Source: Candidatus Saccharimonadota bacterium (GTDB taxonomy: Bacteria; Patescibacteriota; Gracilibacteria; BD1-5; UBA2023). From it: a stretch of 32,000 bases of DNA. Shown piece after piece: positions 20,390-29,369 of this stretch (position 1 is its first letter; every line of letters starts with the position of its first letter). The notes under the pieces are model-generated. The model was not told where the DNA came from and did not search any database. It saw only the letters and a list, made by a program, of their open reading frames with translations. The translations under genes and the position numbers were made by a program. The stretch covers positions 510,001 through 542,000 of the forward strand of contig JAXLZO010000001.1 of assembly GCA_046350815.1 (NCBI GenBank), written 5' to 3'.

Positions 20390-22873
20390 ATGCAAAAAGA
20401 GGCTCAATCTCGTATAAAAATCAATAAGCTCCTCGAGAAATCTGGATGGAGTTTTCTCGATAAAGAGAAGCAAAAAGCTAATATTCAAGTGGAAGCATGA
20501 GTTAAGCTCGATCATCTATGAGATGATTTTGAGCATGCTCCTCGAGGTGCAATTGATTATCTCCTCCTCGATAGTCGTGGTTTTCCTATTTGTGTACTCG
20601 AGGCAAAGAAAGAATCCATCCATCCACTTTCAGCAAAAGAACAAGCTCGAGACTATGCGATCTCGAAAAATGCTCGATTTATTATCCTCTCAAATGGTAA
20701 CTCACACTATCTCTGGGATAGAGAAAATGGGAATCCTGAACTCATCACAGAATATCCAACTCAGGCATCTCTCGAACATAGATCGACCTATAATCCAGAT
20801 GTTTCCTCGCTCGCTGATATCCAGATAAATGCTGAGTATCTTGCTCCAGCAAAATATCTCAGACCCTATCAAGTTTGAGCTATACAAGCCATCCAAGCTT
20901 GGGCAAAAGAATGAAAGACACGTTATCTTCTCGAGATGGCTACGGGAACAGGAAAGACAACCACCTCAGCTGCAATATGTAAATTGTTTCTTCAGACAGG
21001 AAATGCGAAAAGAATACTCTTTCTTGTGGATCGAATAGAACTTGAAGATCAGGCGAAAAAGGCTTTTGCAGAAGAAATATTCAAATGAGTATATTTTGTC
21101 GATACAATCAAGTCAGGTGAGTGGCAAAAATGCCAAATTGTTGTCTCTACTATCCAGACCCTTATGGCTGGTGATAGATATAAAGAGCTTTTTTCTCCGA
21201 CAGATTTTGAGCTCGTGATATCCGATGAGGCACATAGATCGATATGAGGCAATGCTCGTGCAGTATTCGAGTATTTTATCGGATACAAACTTGGACTCAC
21301 AGCCACACCAAAGGATTATCTCAAAGGAATCGATGAAAAAGCGGGGATGTCAGAAAATCCGAAAGCACTTGAAATCAGAAACCTCAGAGATACATATAAA
21401 ACCTTTGGTTGTGAAGCATGAGAGCCAACATTTCGCTATGATCTTTCGGCCGGAGTGCAAGATGGCTTTCTCATCAATCCGTATGTTATCGATGCTCGTA
21501 CTGATGTGACGACTGAGCTTCTCTCTCTAGAATGATTTACTCTTGAAGTCGAGAACGATGACGGTGAATCGAGTGAGGAATCATTTGGAATACGTGACTT
21601 TGAAAAAAGATTTTTCAATGAAAAAACAAATCAGATATTTGCTGAAACAATCATCCAAAATGGACTTCTTGATCCTCTCACAGGTGAATTCGGCAAGATG
21701 CTTGTATTTGCTGTAAGTCAGTCCCATGCAGCCAAGATTGTCAATCTCCTCAATGCCATTGCTATGAAAAAATGGCCAGGGAAGTATGATTCTGATTTTG
21801 CGATGCAGGTGACGAGTAGTGTTATGAGATCACAGGATTTCACCAAGGATTTCACCAATAATCGTCTCTCTGGACGTTCGCACTTTGCAGATAGTACTCA
21901 TCCAGATTATGAGACTGGGAAGACTCGAATATGTGTGACCGTAGGCATGATGACGACTGGATATGACTGTCCTGACCTCCTCGGGGTAGTGCTTCTTCGT
22001 CCAGTATTTTCACCAGCGGATTTCGTCCAGATGAAGGGGCGAGGTACTAGAAAACATGTATTTCTCTATCAGGAAACGGGAGAAAAGGTAGAAAAAGATA
22101 AATTTCTCCTCCTTGATTTCTTCGGGAATTGTGAGTACTTCGAGAAGGATTTTGACTACAATAAAAAGCTCGATCTTCCTGCAATCTCGCAGAAAAAAGA
22201 TGGTCCGATAGTCATCGTAGATCCTCCAATCAATCCTGATGATGTAGATGCGAGAGTAGACGATAAAGTCCGTTCAGAGACAATTATCCAAGTCTGAAAA
22301 GAGTGAATGCGTATTGATCAGGAACTCTATCGCAAACCAAAACACGAACAGTTCGAGTATGTGTTACAAAATAGTGAGACTATAAGAGAGATAAATGAAA
22401 CTTCTGGGATCGAGTGAGTCGAAGAATTTCTGAAGAGTGAAGTATTCAATAAGCCAAATGAGTACTGGAATCCTCAAAAACTCCGAGAATCCTATGAGAA
22501 AGTCTATAATACTGGTAGGCGTATCACTCTCCGAGAAATGATCTCTAAAGCATTTGGATTTCTCCGAGGATTCGAGTCTCGCGATGAACGACTTGACACA
22601 GAGTGGCAGAAGTTCCTGATTACTGAGCGACCGAATGTCGAAACTGGTGAACAACTTCGCAAGCTCAAGATCATATTCGAGACATATTTAGCTGATGAGA
22701 GGTTCCGTTCTATCATTGATTCAGGTAGTATTGCCGGACTCGATAGCTATAGCTCTCTCGTTAACATGAACGATATTAGGCTCGTCTGAGGTCGTCCTAC
22801 TGTTGATGCTGTACGCAATTATTCGAGTGAATATCTCACGAGTGCGATGAGAGAATTTAGTTTCTCAAAATAA
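20390..22873 (+). CDS. hsdR: Type I restriction enzyme R subunit (HsdR; PD-(D/E)xK nuclease + SF2 helicase + EcoEI-R-like C-terminal region)
   Basis: Frame 2 walked codon by codon from ATG 20390 to TAA 22871-22873: 12 in-frame TGA and no TAA/TAG.
- N-terminus MQKEAQSRIKINKLLEKSGW.
- Nuclease core D-YLLLD...VLEAKKE.
- Helicase motifs: I EMATGTGKT, II ISDEAHRS, III GLTATP, VI QMKGRGTR.
Only two pieces (21698..22297 and 22538..22789) appear in the standard-code track. Confidence 0.9.
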
Positions 22874-22885
22874 CAATAACTTTAT

Positions 22886-25351
22886 ATGCTCAACTCCACT
22901 ACCAAAAATCGTATCAACTCCTGTCGAGACATGCTCGTGGGTAAACTCCCCGATCCTAAAAGCCAGATCGACCAGATCACGAACGCCCTCGTCTATAAGT
23001 TCATGGATGATCAGGATCGTATGAGTCGAGAGCTTGGGTATGATGCGAGCTTTTTTATCTGAGACTATGAACAATATGCATGGTCTAAGCTCTTTGATAA
23101 TAGACTTACCAATCAAGAGAAAGCGAATCTCTACAGTGAGTGACTCGATAAATTATCAGTAGCTGATCATCTTCCTGAGCTTTTCAAGCAAATATTCAAA
23201 AATGCGAGACTCCCATTCAAGGATCCAAGTACTATTACCATGTTCCTTGCTGAAATCAATGGGTTTAGCTATCATCACTCAGAAGAACTTGGTAATGCAT
23301 TTGAGTACCTATTATCTGTCATGGGAAGCCAATGAGATACAGGTTCATTTCGCACACCTCGTCATATCATTGAGTTCCTCGTCGATGTTGTTGATCCAAA
23401 AAGATGAGAAACAATCTATGACCCTGCCTGTGGAACAGCATGATTTCTTATTGAGGCTTTTAATCATATCAAATCAGCTTGAGATCTCAGCGTTTCAGAT
23501 ACGGCAACGCTCTGAAAAAATATTTCCTGAGTTGATATCGACCCTGGTATGGCGAAGATTGCCCGAGTGAACCTCTACCTTCATGGATTCAAAACACCGA
23601 ATATTGATGAAAATGACACTCTTTCAAATGAAAAACTCTGGTGAATGAAACGCGATGTGATACTGGCTAATCCGCCCTTTATGACACCAAAAGGAGGGAT
23701 AAGGCCTCATGAAAAATTCAGCTCGAAAACAAGTAAATCTGAGGTTCTTTTTACTGACTATATTATTGAACATTTGAAGCTCCATGGTCGCGCTGGTATC
23801 ATCGTGCCTGAGGGTATTATGTTCAATGGATCAAATGCTTATAAAGATCTCAGAAAAAAACTCGTAGATGGATGATACCTCTGGGCGGTGGCATCACTTC
23901 CAAGTGGGGTATTCAATCCCTATGCAGGAGTGAAGACCTCTATACTCTTTCTCGATCGAGAACGAGCAAAAGCCAATGATTCTATCCTCTTCGTGAAGAT
24001 ATCTGCAGATGGATATGATCTCGGAGCTCAACGTCGTCCAATTGAGAAAAATGATCTCCCAAAAGCTCTCGAAGTCCTGAATCAGTATAAAGAAAATCCT
24101 AATATCGAACTAGAAAATGAGCCGCTTTCTCACCTCGTAGAAAAATCAAAAATTGCAGAAAATGGAGAATATAATCTCAGTGGAGATAGATACATTCTTG
24201 GTCCAGAAAATCCCGCTTCTTCATTTGACCTAATAAAATTAGATGAACTTGTAGAAATTCAAAATGGATATGCTTTTCAGAGTGAAAAATACTCTGAAAG
24301 TTGATATCAAGTCATACGAATCACTAATGTTCAAAAAGGATTTATTGATCCAAAAGATCCAAAATTTTATCCGGATAATGAAGTGAAAAACTTAACTGAC
24401 TTTATTCTATCAAAGTGAGATTTATTAATGTCTCTGACTTGAAATGTTTGAAGAGTGTGAGTACTCAAAATAGAGCATCTTCCTGCAGTATTGAACCAAC
24501 GGGTTGCAAAGTTAAAAATTAAAAACCCCACTATTATAAATAAGAATTATCTTTTTCATTTATTAAATTCAGATAAATTTGAAAATGATGCTATGGCACT
24601 TTCAGGTGGAGTTGCTCAAAAGAATTTATGAACTACCAGTTTAAAAGAGTATCAAATCCCTCTCCCTCCTCTCGAAATCCAAGAACAGATCGTGTCTGAG
24701 CTCGATGGATATCAGCGGATCATCGATGGAGCTCGAGCGGTCGTCGAGAATTATAAGCCGACGATCAAGATAGATCCGGAGTGGGAGATGGTGGAGTTGG
24801 GAGAGGTGTGTGATGTTTCTTCTGGAGGAACCCCTCCGCGTGATACTGAAGAATATTGGAAGGATGGAACTATACCCTGGGTATGATCGTCTGTTTGTAA
24901 GAACCAATTTGTGTTCGCATCTGAGGAATATATTACAGAGGTATGATTGAAGAAGTCAGCCGCTAAATTATTTAAACCATACACCACTCTCATGGCATTA
25001 GTATGAGCAACAATCTGAAAAACTGGTTTATTATTATTTCCATGCACTACAAATCAGAATATCGCCTGATTATATCCTAAAGATGATACTATTCTCTCAC
25101 CAAAGTTTCTATTCTTTATTTCACAATCTCTTTACGATGAATTTATGAGATTATGAGATTGAAAATTTAAGATGGCAAATTTAGGTTTTGTGAGATGATT
25201 AAAAATCCCTCTCCCTCCTCTCGAAATACAGAAAACTATCGTCGAGCGGATCGAGGAAGAACAGAGGCTCGTCGATGCGAATCGGAGGCTCATAGAGATC
25301 TATGAAGGGAAGATATGAGAGAAGATGGATGAAGTCTGGGGGATAAAATAA
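22886..25351 (+). CDS. fused Type I R-M methyltransferase-specificity protein (HsdM-HsdS in one 821-aa polypeptide)
   Basis: Frame 2 is open from ATG 22886 to TAA 25349-25351, with 25 in-frame TGA and no TAA/TAG (codon-walked).
- HsdM part: LVGKLPDPKSQIDQITNALVYKFMDD, FRTPRHIIEFLV, YDPACGTA-G-FL (motif I), NPPF (motif IV), YNLSGDRY.
- HsdS part follows with no stop or start: TRD1, T-G-NV-G-RV-G-V..LNQRVAKL, central IPLPPLEIQEQIV, TRD2, V-G-ATI-G-KTG..TNQNIA-G-L, distal IPLPPLEIQKTIV..RLIEIYE. Confidence 0.85.
24654..25227 (+). repeat. 25-nt perfect direct repeat pair inside the HsdS part (24654-24678 and 25203-25227)
   Basis: aaatccctctccctcctctcgaaat occurs twice, 549 nt apart. It encodes the two conserved IPLPPLEI helices that flank TRD2. 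Confidence 0.9.
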
Positions 25352-25410
25352 TTTGAGTATGATAGAAAATTCTAACAACACTATATGTTCATATATTGGT
25401 ATGCTGAAAT

Positions 25411-25449
25411 GAATAAATAACCCCTCCAAATTGGAGGGGTTATTTATTC
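25411..25449. terminator. bidirectional terminator between hsdMS and the RHH gene
   Basis: gaataaataacccctcc / aaatt / ggaggggttatttattc, about 17 bp of near-perfect stem. It overlaps the stop codon of the minus-strand gene. Confidence 0.75.
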
Positions 25450-25787
25450 GAAGTGGCAAGCTCATTCGGATGCAGAGCAATTTCCTTGAGAAATGAGCTC
25501 ATATTTGAGAATCCGTATTGTTTTGCATTCTCTTGAATGATCGCCTTTTCTTCTGGGGTAAGTCGGAATCTGAGTATAGCGCTTTTTTTTGAGCGATATT
25601 CGCTCTCTGATTCAATAAGATTTGGGAGATCTTCAAGAAATGCCGGTATATCTTCATTCTCAAATTCTTGGTTGATATTTGCAGCCTCACAAACGACAAG
25701 AGAAAGATGTTCTCCGAGAGGAGAGATAGGAAGTGGTGTAATAGAATATTCGTGACTCCTTTTATTTATTTGAATATAGTGTTTCAT
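25440..25787 (-). CDS. ribbon-helix-helix (MobC/CopG-like) protein, putative antitoxin partner of HicA
   Basis: Intact 115-aa ORF. The C-terminal AILRFRLTPEEKAIIQENAKQYGFSNMSSFLKEIAL fits the RHH pattern (beta strand RxRLT, then two helices). It lies directly downstream of hicA on the same strand, as hicB does. The N-terminal part does not look like a classical HicB. Confidence 0.6.
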   Translation of the reverse strand: MKHYIQINKRSHEYSITPLPISPLGEHLSLVVCEAANINQEFENEDIPAFLEDLPNLIESESEYRSKKSAILRFRLTPEEKAIIQENAKQYGFSNMSSFLKEIALHPNELATSNK

Positions 25788-25860
25788 AGTGAAAGATTGA
25801 AATAGAAGTGAAAGATTGAAACGTAAAGATAGAAGTGAAAGATGGAGTATGGAAGTGGAT
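25788..25860 (-). repeat. short direct repeats in the hicA-RHH spacer
   Basis: AGTGAAAGAT occurs at 25788, 25807 and 25834 (the first two extended to AGTGAAAGATTGAAA; the second and third preceded by AGA), plus a degenerate aagtggat at 25853. Confidence 0.8.
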
Positions 25861-25889
25861 ACGATTGAGGAATTGGAACTGTGATATAA

Positions 25890-26126
25890 TTATGGTAATT
25901 CTTGAATAGATTTTTTAGCGAGTTTTTTATATGTGGGCTTGCAATCGTTGTTATGGATTGGAATTATAAGGTCTTTTGAGAGAAGTTCATGTTTCCATTT
26001 CACATGACTTCATTTTGCCTGGATCTCACCAAATCCGTATGCAATGAGGATTTTTGTAAGATCTGAGTAGCTAATACTTTCGGGATTCTGAAAGAATTTC
26101 GCAAGAAGTTTATCTATCTGTGTCAT
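25890..26126 (-). CDS. hicA: HicA-family mRNA interferase toxin
   Basis: 78 aa: MTQIDKLLAKFFQNPESISYSDLTKILIAYGFGEIQAK-G-SHVKWKHELLSKDLIIPIHNNDCKPTYKKLAKKSIQEL. Matches the HicA pattern (..l...GF......GSH..f.h......iP.H....l....l..i). The GSH Gly is a TGA. Absent from the standard-code track. Confidence 0.8.
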
Positions 26127-26144
26127 AGGGTTATGTGGTAATTA

Positions 26145-26210
26145 TGTAGCTACAATTATAATTATATATATATGTAGCTACAAAGCAAAATATACGTCAG
26201 TATATTTTGC
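26145..26210. promoter_or_regulatory. palindromic operator-like sites in the divergent hicA / 26394 promoter region
   Basis: The 10-bp perfect palindrome TGTAGCTACA occurs twice (26145-26154 and 26173-26182, 28 bp centre to centre), each within TATGTAGCTACAA. It is followed by the inverted repeat gcaaaatata-cgtcag-tatattttgc (26185-26210). Confidence 0.55.
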
Positions 26211-26393
26211 TCACTCCGATTTCATGACCAATTCTTCTTATTTGTTATGTTAAAAATAGCCTGTAAATTATGCAGTTATCTCTTTTGTGTACAAATGATA
26301 ACCATTCTCTATAAGGGATTTGATTCTTATTAATAAATGTGTATAGTACATTCGTTTTCAAACACACTCACGCTATCGAAGGAGATAGAAAGA

Positions 26394-26732
26394 ATGAAAA
26401 AACAACATCTGAATCATGTCACGCGTCGGCGTGTGGCTGAGGAGATCTCATCAGCCGAAAGAGCTTCATTTGATGAAATCGATCTCACCTATCATCCGGA
26501 TGATTCCATCGGGATAATAGAACGAAAGATGTATAGTGCTTGTACGAAGCTGGTCGAGAACCCAAAGCATCATGAGGCGAGGCTGTATCTTCAGCGCTTA
26601 CTCGCAGAATTTCAGGACCCGTCCGTCCGTACGTTCCAGCGTGCGCTTTCGAGTATTGATTCGATAACAGATGCTGCATGGAAGCAGGCTCAGCAAGATC
26701 TGAAATTCTTTCTGAGGCAGCAAAAAAAGTAA
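26394..26732 (+). CDS. hypothetical protein (112 aa)
   Basis: ATG 26394 preceded by aaggag SD (the track ORF starts earlier, at 26337). Locally GC-richer stretches (gtcacgcgtcggcgtgtggctgag, ccgtccgtccgtacgttccagcgtgcgc). Has its own terminator. Confidence 0.5.
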   Translation: MKKQHLNHVTRRRVAEEISSAERASFDEIDLTYHPDDSIGIIERKMYSACTKLVENPKHHEARLYLQRLLAEFQDPSVRTFQRALSSIDSITDAAWKQAQQDLKFFLRQQKK

Positions 26733-26738
26733 GGAAAT

Positions 26739-26766
26739 AAAAAGGAGCCAATAAGGCTCCTTTTGC
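26739..26766 (+). terminator. intrinsic terminator
   Basis: aaaaggagcc / aataa / ggctcctttt. Confidence 0.7.
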
Positions 26767-26856
26767 ATGATCGCAACAATTCTATCGTTTGTGAGTTGAT
26801 ACTTTTGCATTATTTCCCATTCTTTGCTATACTAAGAGCAACTTTTCAATTTCTCT

Positions 26857-27069
26857 ATGACTCTTCCTGAAATCCTTCTCATTGTTCAGATTGTTGCACT
26901 CTCAGTCATATCGATGCTTGTTGCATTGATTCTCTTTCGTATATACGAAATCATTGCACGCATAGAAGTTACTTCGCGTAATCTTAACACGATCAATCGA
27001 ATTCTCCTGAAAACTCAGAATTTTTCGATCTCAGATCTTCTCATAGATATCAAGCATTTTTTTCGTTAA
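26857..27069 (+). CDS. hypothetical small membrane protein (70 aa)
   Basis: Single N-terminal TM helix (ILLIVQIVALSVISMLVALILF). Has its own perfect-palindrome terminator downstream. Confidence 0.5.
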   Translation: MTLPEILLIVQIVALSVISMLVALILFRIYEIIARIEVTSRNLNTINRILLKTQNFSISDLLIDIKHFFR

Positions 27070-27081
27070 TAAAGTTTTGCT

Positions 27082-27115
27082 CTAAAAACACCATTGATAT
27101 CAATGGTGTTTTTAG
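27082..27115 (+). terminator. intrinsic terminator
   Basis: ctaaaaacaccattgata/tcaatggtgtttttag, a perfect palindrome. Confidence 0.7.
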
Positions 27116-27254
27116 ATTTGCTATACAAAAGTATAAAATATATCTTCACAATATTTGCGTTTTTCAAATTTATATGCTACGCTTATGAACGAAGCCACAG
27201 TTTTGTGAGCATCATGATCGTATATTGTGTTTCTTTATATCTTCTCTTTGTGTT

Positions 27255-27917
27255 ATGAATACCAATACCAAGCGATTTATCGCTCTCTCTACCGTAGCAG
27301 CATTTGCTGCATTCGGTGCATCATCAGCATTTGCCTCTCAGGTCGGTACCGGTACGGTTACCGGATCCGGTGGTCTTACCACCGCGATCAACTGGAATGA
27401 TGTCATTCCAGGTTCTGCCTCTGGTACCATCAATGGTATCATTGTAAAAGCAAAAGTACGCCCTATCCTCAATATGGCTATCTCTGCAGATACTATTGAT
27501 CTTGGATACCTCAATCCAACTACCTACACATCAGGATCAGTCACTATGGAAGTAGGAACCAACGCATCAGCTGGTGCTTCTGTCACTGCTAAATCTCTCA
27601 ACGGAGGTATGCTCTCTGCCTCTGGTGATATCATCAACGATCTCACTGCTGATGGTATTGCCGAGAGCTACAAGTGGACGACCACTCTTTCTGGAGCATC
27701 CGACAGCGTTGCAGCTGGATTCACTCAGACTGCTAACCTCAGTAGTGAGATCAACAGTACCGTCACTGCCTACACTCTCTACACGACCAACAAACCATCT
27801 AAGACTTCTGTTGGTATCGATGACTTTACTTTTACTGCATCCGCAAAGGTTGCTGAAGATACTCCTGCAACCAGCTACAGTGACAAGGTTATCGTGACTG
27901 TTGCGGCAAATTTCTAA
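27255..27917 (+). CDS. secreted Ser/Thr/Ala/Gly-rich protein (220 aa), function unknown
   Basis: ATG 27255. Signal peptide MNTNTKRFIALSTVAAFAAFGASSAFA-SQ. Beta-rich, low-charge sequence ending ...YSDKVIVTVAANF. 20 Gly codons, none TGA. The overlapping ORFs 27567..27929(-) and 27574..27897(+) are off-frame shadows. Confidence 0.7.
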   Translation: MNTNTKRFIALSTVAAFAAFGASSAFASQVGTGTVTGSGGLTTAINWNDVIPGSASGTINGIIVKAKVRPILNMAISADTIDLGYLNPTTYTSGSVTMEVGTNASAGASVTAKSLNGGMLSASGDIINDLTADGIAESYKWTTTLSGASDSVAAGFTQTANLSSEINSTVTAYTLYTTNKPSKTSVGIDDFTFTASAKVAEDTPATSYSDKVIVTVAANF

Positions 27918-27927
27918 TTGATACCTC

Positions 27928-27960
27928 AAAAAATACTATCCCGATCGGGATAGTATTTTT
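27928..27960. terminator. bidirectional terminator (secreted-protein gene / htpX)
   Basis: aaaaatactatcccga/tcgggatagtattttt, a perfect palindrome. It overlaps the htpX stop codon. Confidence 0.7.
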
Positions 27961-28870
27961 ACTTGAGTGCTTGGATTCTTTTTTCAAGGGGTGGATGTGA
28001 CATAAGCATCTCCATCATAGCATGTCATCCAGAAATCTTGAATGCTGCCATGGGTTCTTTTTCATTTGGCTCAACGTGATTTTTCTCGGTGATTTCTTTG
28101 AGTCGTTCGAGCGCTTTGATCATTTTGTTTTTCCCAACATATTTTGCACTGCCTGCGTCAGCCCGATATTCGCGATGACGAGAGAATGCCATGAGAACAA
28201 TCTGTGCTAAGAGACCGAAGATAATATCGAGTATGATACTCGCGATAAAGTAGGTCATTGACGGGCCACTTGATTCTTCTTCATTGTTATTTCCAGCGAG
28301 TGCTCGATCGATAGCTCCCGCGATAAGACGTGAGAGGAATACAACGAACGTATTCACTACACCTTGCATGAGAGTCATGGTTACCATGTCACCGTTGAGT
28401 ATATGAGCCATTTCGTGTGCAACGACCCCCTCAATCTCATCCTTGTCCATGGCGTCCAAAAGTCCGCTCGATACAGCAACAAGCGCTTTATTTTTTGATG
28501 GACCAGTTGCGAATGCATTTGCTTCTTCAGATTGATAGACTCCAACTTCTGGTGTTGTGATGTGCTCCATCTGGGCGATACGGTGGACTATTTTATAGAC
28601 GAATTGTTCTTTTTCATGGTATTGGTGAAGATTTTTCTCATCTATAAGTTGGATGTCATAGCTTCTTTTTGCCATCCATCGAGAGATCGCAAGTGATACG
28701 AATGATCCAGTAAAGCCAATTACTGCGGAATATGCGAGTAATCATCCTATACTTGTGTTGTATCCACTGAGATTCACCCCGAATACCGATGATAGAACAA
28801 AAAGTATGATACTAATCATCGCCATGATGGCGATATTCGTAAGGACGAAGAGTCCGATTCTTTTGAACAT
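27959..28870 (-). CDS. htpX: zinc metalloprotease HtpX (M48 family)
   Basis: Starts MFKRIGLFVLTNIAIMAM.. (TM helices). Has HEMAHILNGD (HExxH) and the C-terminal MSHPPLEKRIQALK. Track ORF 28025..28675 is extended at both ends through TGA (28742 and 28025). Confidence 0.9.
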
Positions 28871-28887
28871 ATGAAAAAAGTAATAAA

Positions 28888-29274
28888 TTAATGTGAATGG
28901 CAGGAATCTGTGGCGCAACCATCTCCTGATTCTTCATTATCCCCACAGGTGCCACAACCTCACTCCGTCGAGCAAGATCCACATCATCCTCCACTGTGTT
29001 CGTGTTCATCTTGCCCAAGTATCGATACGAACATAGCATCGAGCTCATCGTCTGCGGGGATCATTCCTTCGAAGATCATATCTCGAAAATCGATCGTCTC
29101 TTCTTCGATACAGAGAGCGGGATTCTGTGTAATACCAAGTTCGAGATTGTATGCTGGATCTTGTTTTGTTTCAATACTGATGAGATCAGCGAGTGCATTG
29201 CGATCGAGAGATGCACGTACAGATGTCTCAAGATTGGTGAGCTCTTCTCATGATCCGACAAGGACGATTTTCAT
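28888..29274 (-). CDS. thioredoxin-fold (MTH895/Thioredoxin_3-like) protein lacking CxxC, with Cys/His-rich C-terminal tail
   Basis: Codon-walked from ATG 29272-29274 to TAA 28888-28890, with 3 TGA. MKIVLVGSGEELTNLE...GITQNPALCIEEE aligns by eye to the MKIxVLGxGCxxC...STPALVIDGK pattern, with the CxxC replaced by EELT. The tail is QDEHEHSGGGCGSCSTEGGCGTCGDNEESGDGCATDSCHSH. Confidence 0.6.
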
Positions 29275-29369
29275 AAAAATTTTTGTAGAAATACAACTCG
29301 CTATAATATCAAATTTTGAAAAATTTCAACTATTTTTCTTGCCATTCATGATTTTATTACGAATATTTT

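Noticed and set aside
19716-20515. Four track ORFs (19716..19940 +, 19802..20008 -, 20059..20427 +, 20204..20515 -).
   Set aside because: They run straight through five well-folded tRNA genes and the tRNA terminator, so they are artefacts of GC-rich tRNA sequence.
24215-24320. Possibility that the TGA at 24302 is a relic stop separating hsdM from hsdS.
   Set aside because: The TGA lies ~25 codons inside TRD1 (after LIKLDELVEIQNGYAFQSEKYSES), at the Gly of the conserved G-x-x-V/I-IR-x-x-N pattern. No start codon or SD precedes the S module, so the fusion stands under code 25.
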